Source of the DNA: Ramazzottius varieornatus
Taxonomy: Eukaryota > Animalia > Tardigrada
Assembly (NCBI GenBank): GCA_001949185.1
Contig: BDGG01000003.1
Location: 3,889,158-3,953,157, forward strand
Direction: 5' to 3'
Length of the DNA stretch: 64,000 nucleotides
In this document: one piece after another, positions 62,797 to 64,000 of the stretch
Numbering within the stretch: position 1 is the stretch's first letter
Layout: every line of letters starts with the position of its first letter
The notes under the pieces: model-generated
What the model was told of the DNA's origin: nothing
What the model saw: only the letters and a program-made list of their open reading frames with translations
Databases searched by the model: none
Made by a program: the position numbers and the translations under genes

Positions 62797-63703
62797 NNNN
62801 NNNNNNNNNNNNNNNNNNNNNNNNNNNNNNNNNNNNNNNNNNNNNNNNNNNNNNNNNNNNNNNNNNNNNNNNNNNNNNNNNNNNNNNNNNNNNNNNNNNN
62901 NNNNNNNNNNNNNNNNNNNNNNNNNNNNNNNNNNNNNNNNNNNNNNNNNNNNNNNNNNNNNNNNNNNNNNNNNNNNNNNNNNNNNNNNNNNNNNNNNNNN
63001 NNNNNNNNNNNNNNNNNNNNNNNNNNNNNNNNNNNNNNNNNNNNNNNNNNNNNNNNNNNNNNNNNNNNNNNNNNNNNNNNNNNNNNNNNNNNNNNNNNNN
63101 NNNNNNNNNNNNNNNNNNNNNNNNNNNNNNNNNNNNNNNNNNNNNNNNNNNNNNNNNNNNNNNNNNNNNNNNNNNNNNNNNNNNNNNNNNNNNNNNNNNN
63201 NNNNNNNNNNNNNNNNNNNNNNNNNNNNNNNNNNNNNNNNNNNNNNNNNNNNNNNNNNNNNNNNNNNNNNNNNNNNNNNNNNNNNNNNNNNNNNNNNNNN
63301 NNNNNNNNNNNNNNNNNNNNNNNNNNNNNNNNNNNNNNNNNNNNNNNNNNNNNNNNNNNNNNNNNNNNNNNNNNNNNNNNNNNNNNNNNNNNNNNNNNNN
63401 NNNNNNNNNNNNNNNNNNNNNNNNNNNNNNNNNNNNNNNNNNNNNNNNNNNNNNNNNNNNNNNNNNNNNNNNNNNNNNNNNNNNNNNNNNNNNNNNNNNN
63501 NNNNNNNNNNNNNNNNNNNNNNNNNNNNNNNNNNNNNNNNNNNNNNNNNNNNNNNNNNNNNNNNNNNNNNNNNNNNNNNNNNNNNNNNNNNNNNNNNNNN
63601 NNNNNNNNNNNNNNNNNNNNNNNNNNNNNNNNNNNNNNNNNNNNNNNNNNNNNNNNNNNNNNNNNNNNNNNNNNNNNNNNNNNNNNNNNNNNNNNNNNNN
63701 NNN
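62797..63703. other. Assembly gap (N run)
   Basis: 907 consecutive n characters. Confidence 1.
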
Positions 63704-63759
63704 CAAGGAGTTCATTCAGCTTAAACAGAAGGGTATTACCCCCGGGGCCGTGTTGGCCA

Positions 63760-64000
63760 ATGTGATGCAGAAGGACTTGTTTGGAGAAGCACCGAAAAAG
63801 CAACGACGACAGGTAAACAGGCAGCTGAATACCGAGCCAGGTGCGCTGATCACCGGTCCCGAATTTGTTGCCGAGTTGGAGAAAGAAGATGAGAAGAAGA
63901 AGGCAGAGAAAGCTGCTGTTGAAGCAAAACGAAAGGCTGCAGCTGAAAAGAAAAAGAAAAATGCCACGAAAGAAAAAGATGAGAGTCCCACAGCATCGAA
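63760..64000 (+). mobile_element. Possible C-terminal fragment of a pogo/Fot1-like transposase
   Basis: Plus-strand reading ...GALITGPEFVAELEKEDEKKKAEKAA... resembles the charged tail after pogo-type DDE domains; no catalytic motif visible. Confidence 0.3.

Noticed and set aside
62671-63803. Long ORFs in the ORF track
   Set aside because: Artefacts of the N gap.

Overview
Compact, intron-rich animal genomic DNA with mostly 55-100 nt introns. Gene content and style suggest a small-genome ecdysozoan such as a tardigrade (inference only). From 1-53 kb it is a dense gene block: a secreted mucin-like protein, a receptor guanylate cyclase with a degenerate active site, TENT4/PAPD5, UBXN7, D-aspartate oxidase, RSPRY1, a three-domain LAMP plus an extra LAMP module, TAF4, LSM14, KCTD1/15, PKMYT1, PDCD5 and ELMO. 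From 53-64 kb it is transposon-rich: six hAT-type MITEs with 8-bp TSDs, two foldback elements, a gustatory receptor gene and an assembly gap. The most striking unexplained structure is a dispersed ~100-120 bp palindromic element found 21 times (about one per 3 kb). It lies almost always in introns and never in a spliced coding exon. Its core is AAGTGGCGCA-N27-TGCGCCACTT, and spacer length is exactly 27 nt in 17 of 21 copies although spacer and outer-arm sequences are strongly diverged. All coordinates and counts were read by eye; element boundaries are approximate.
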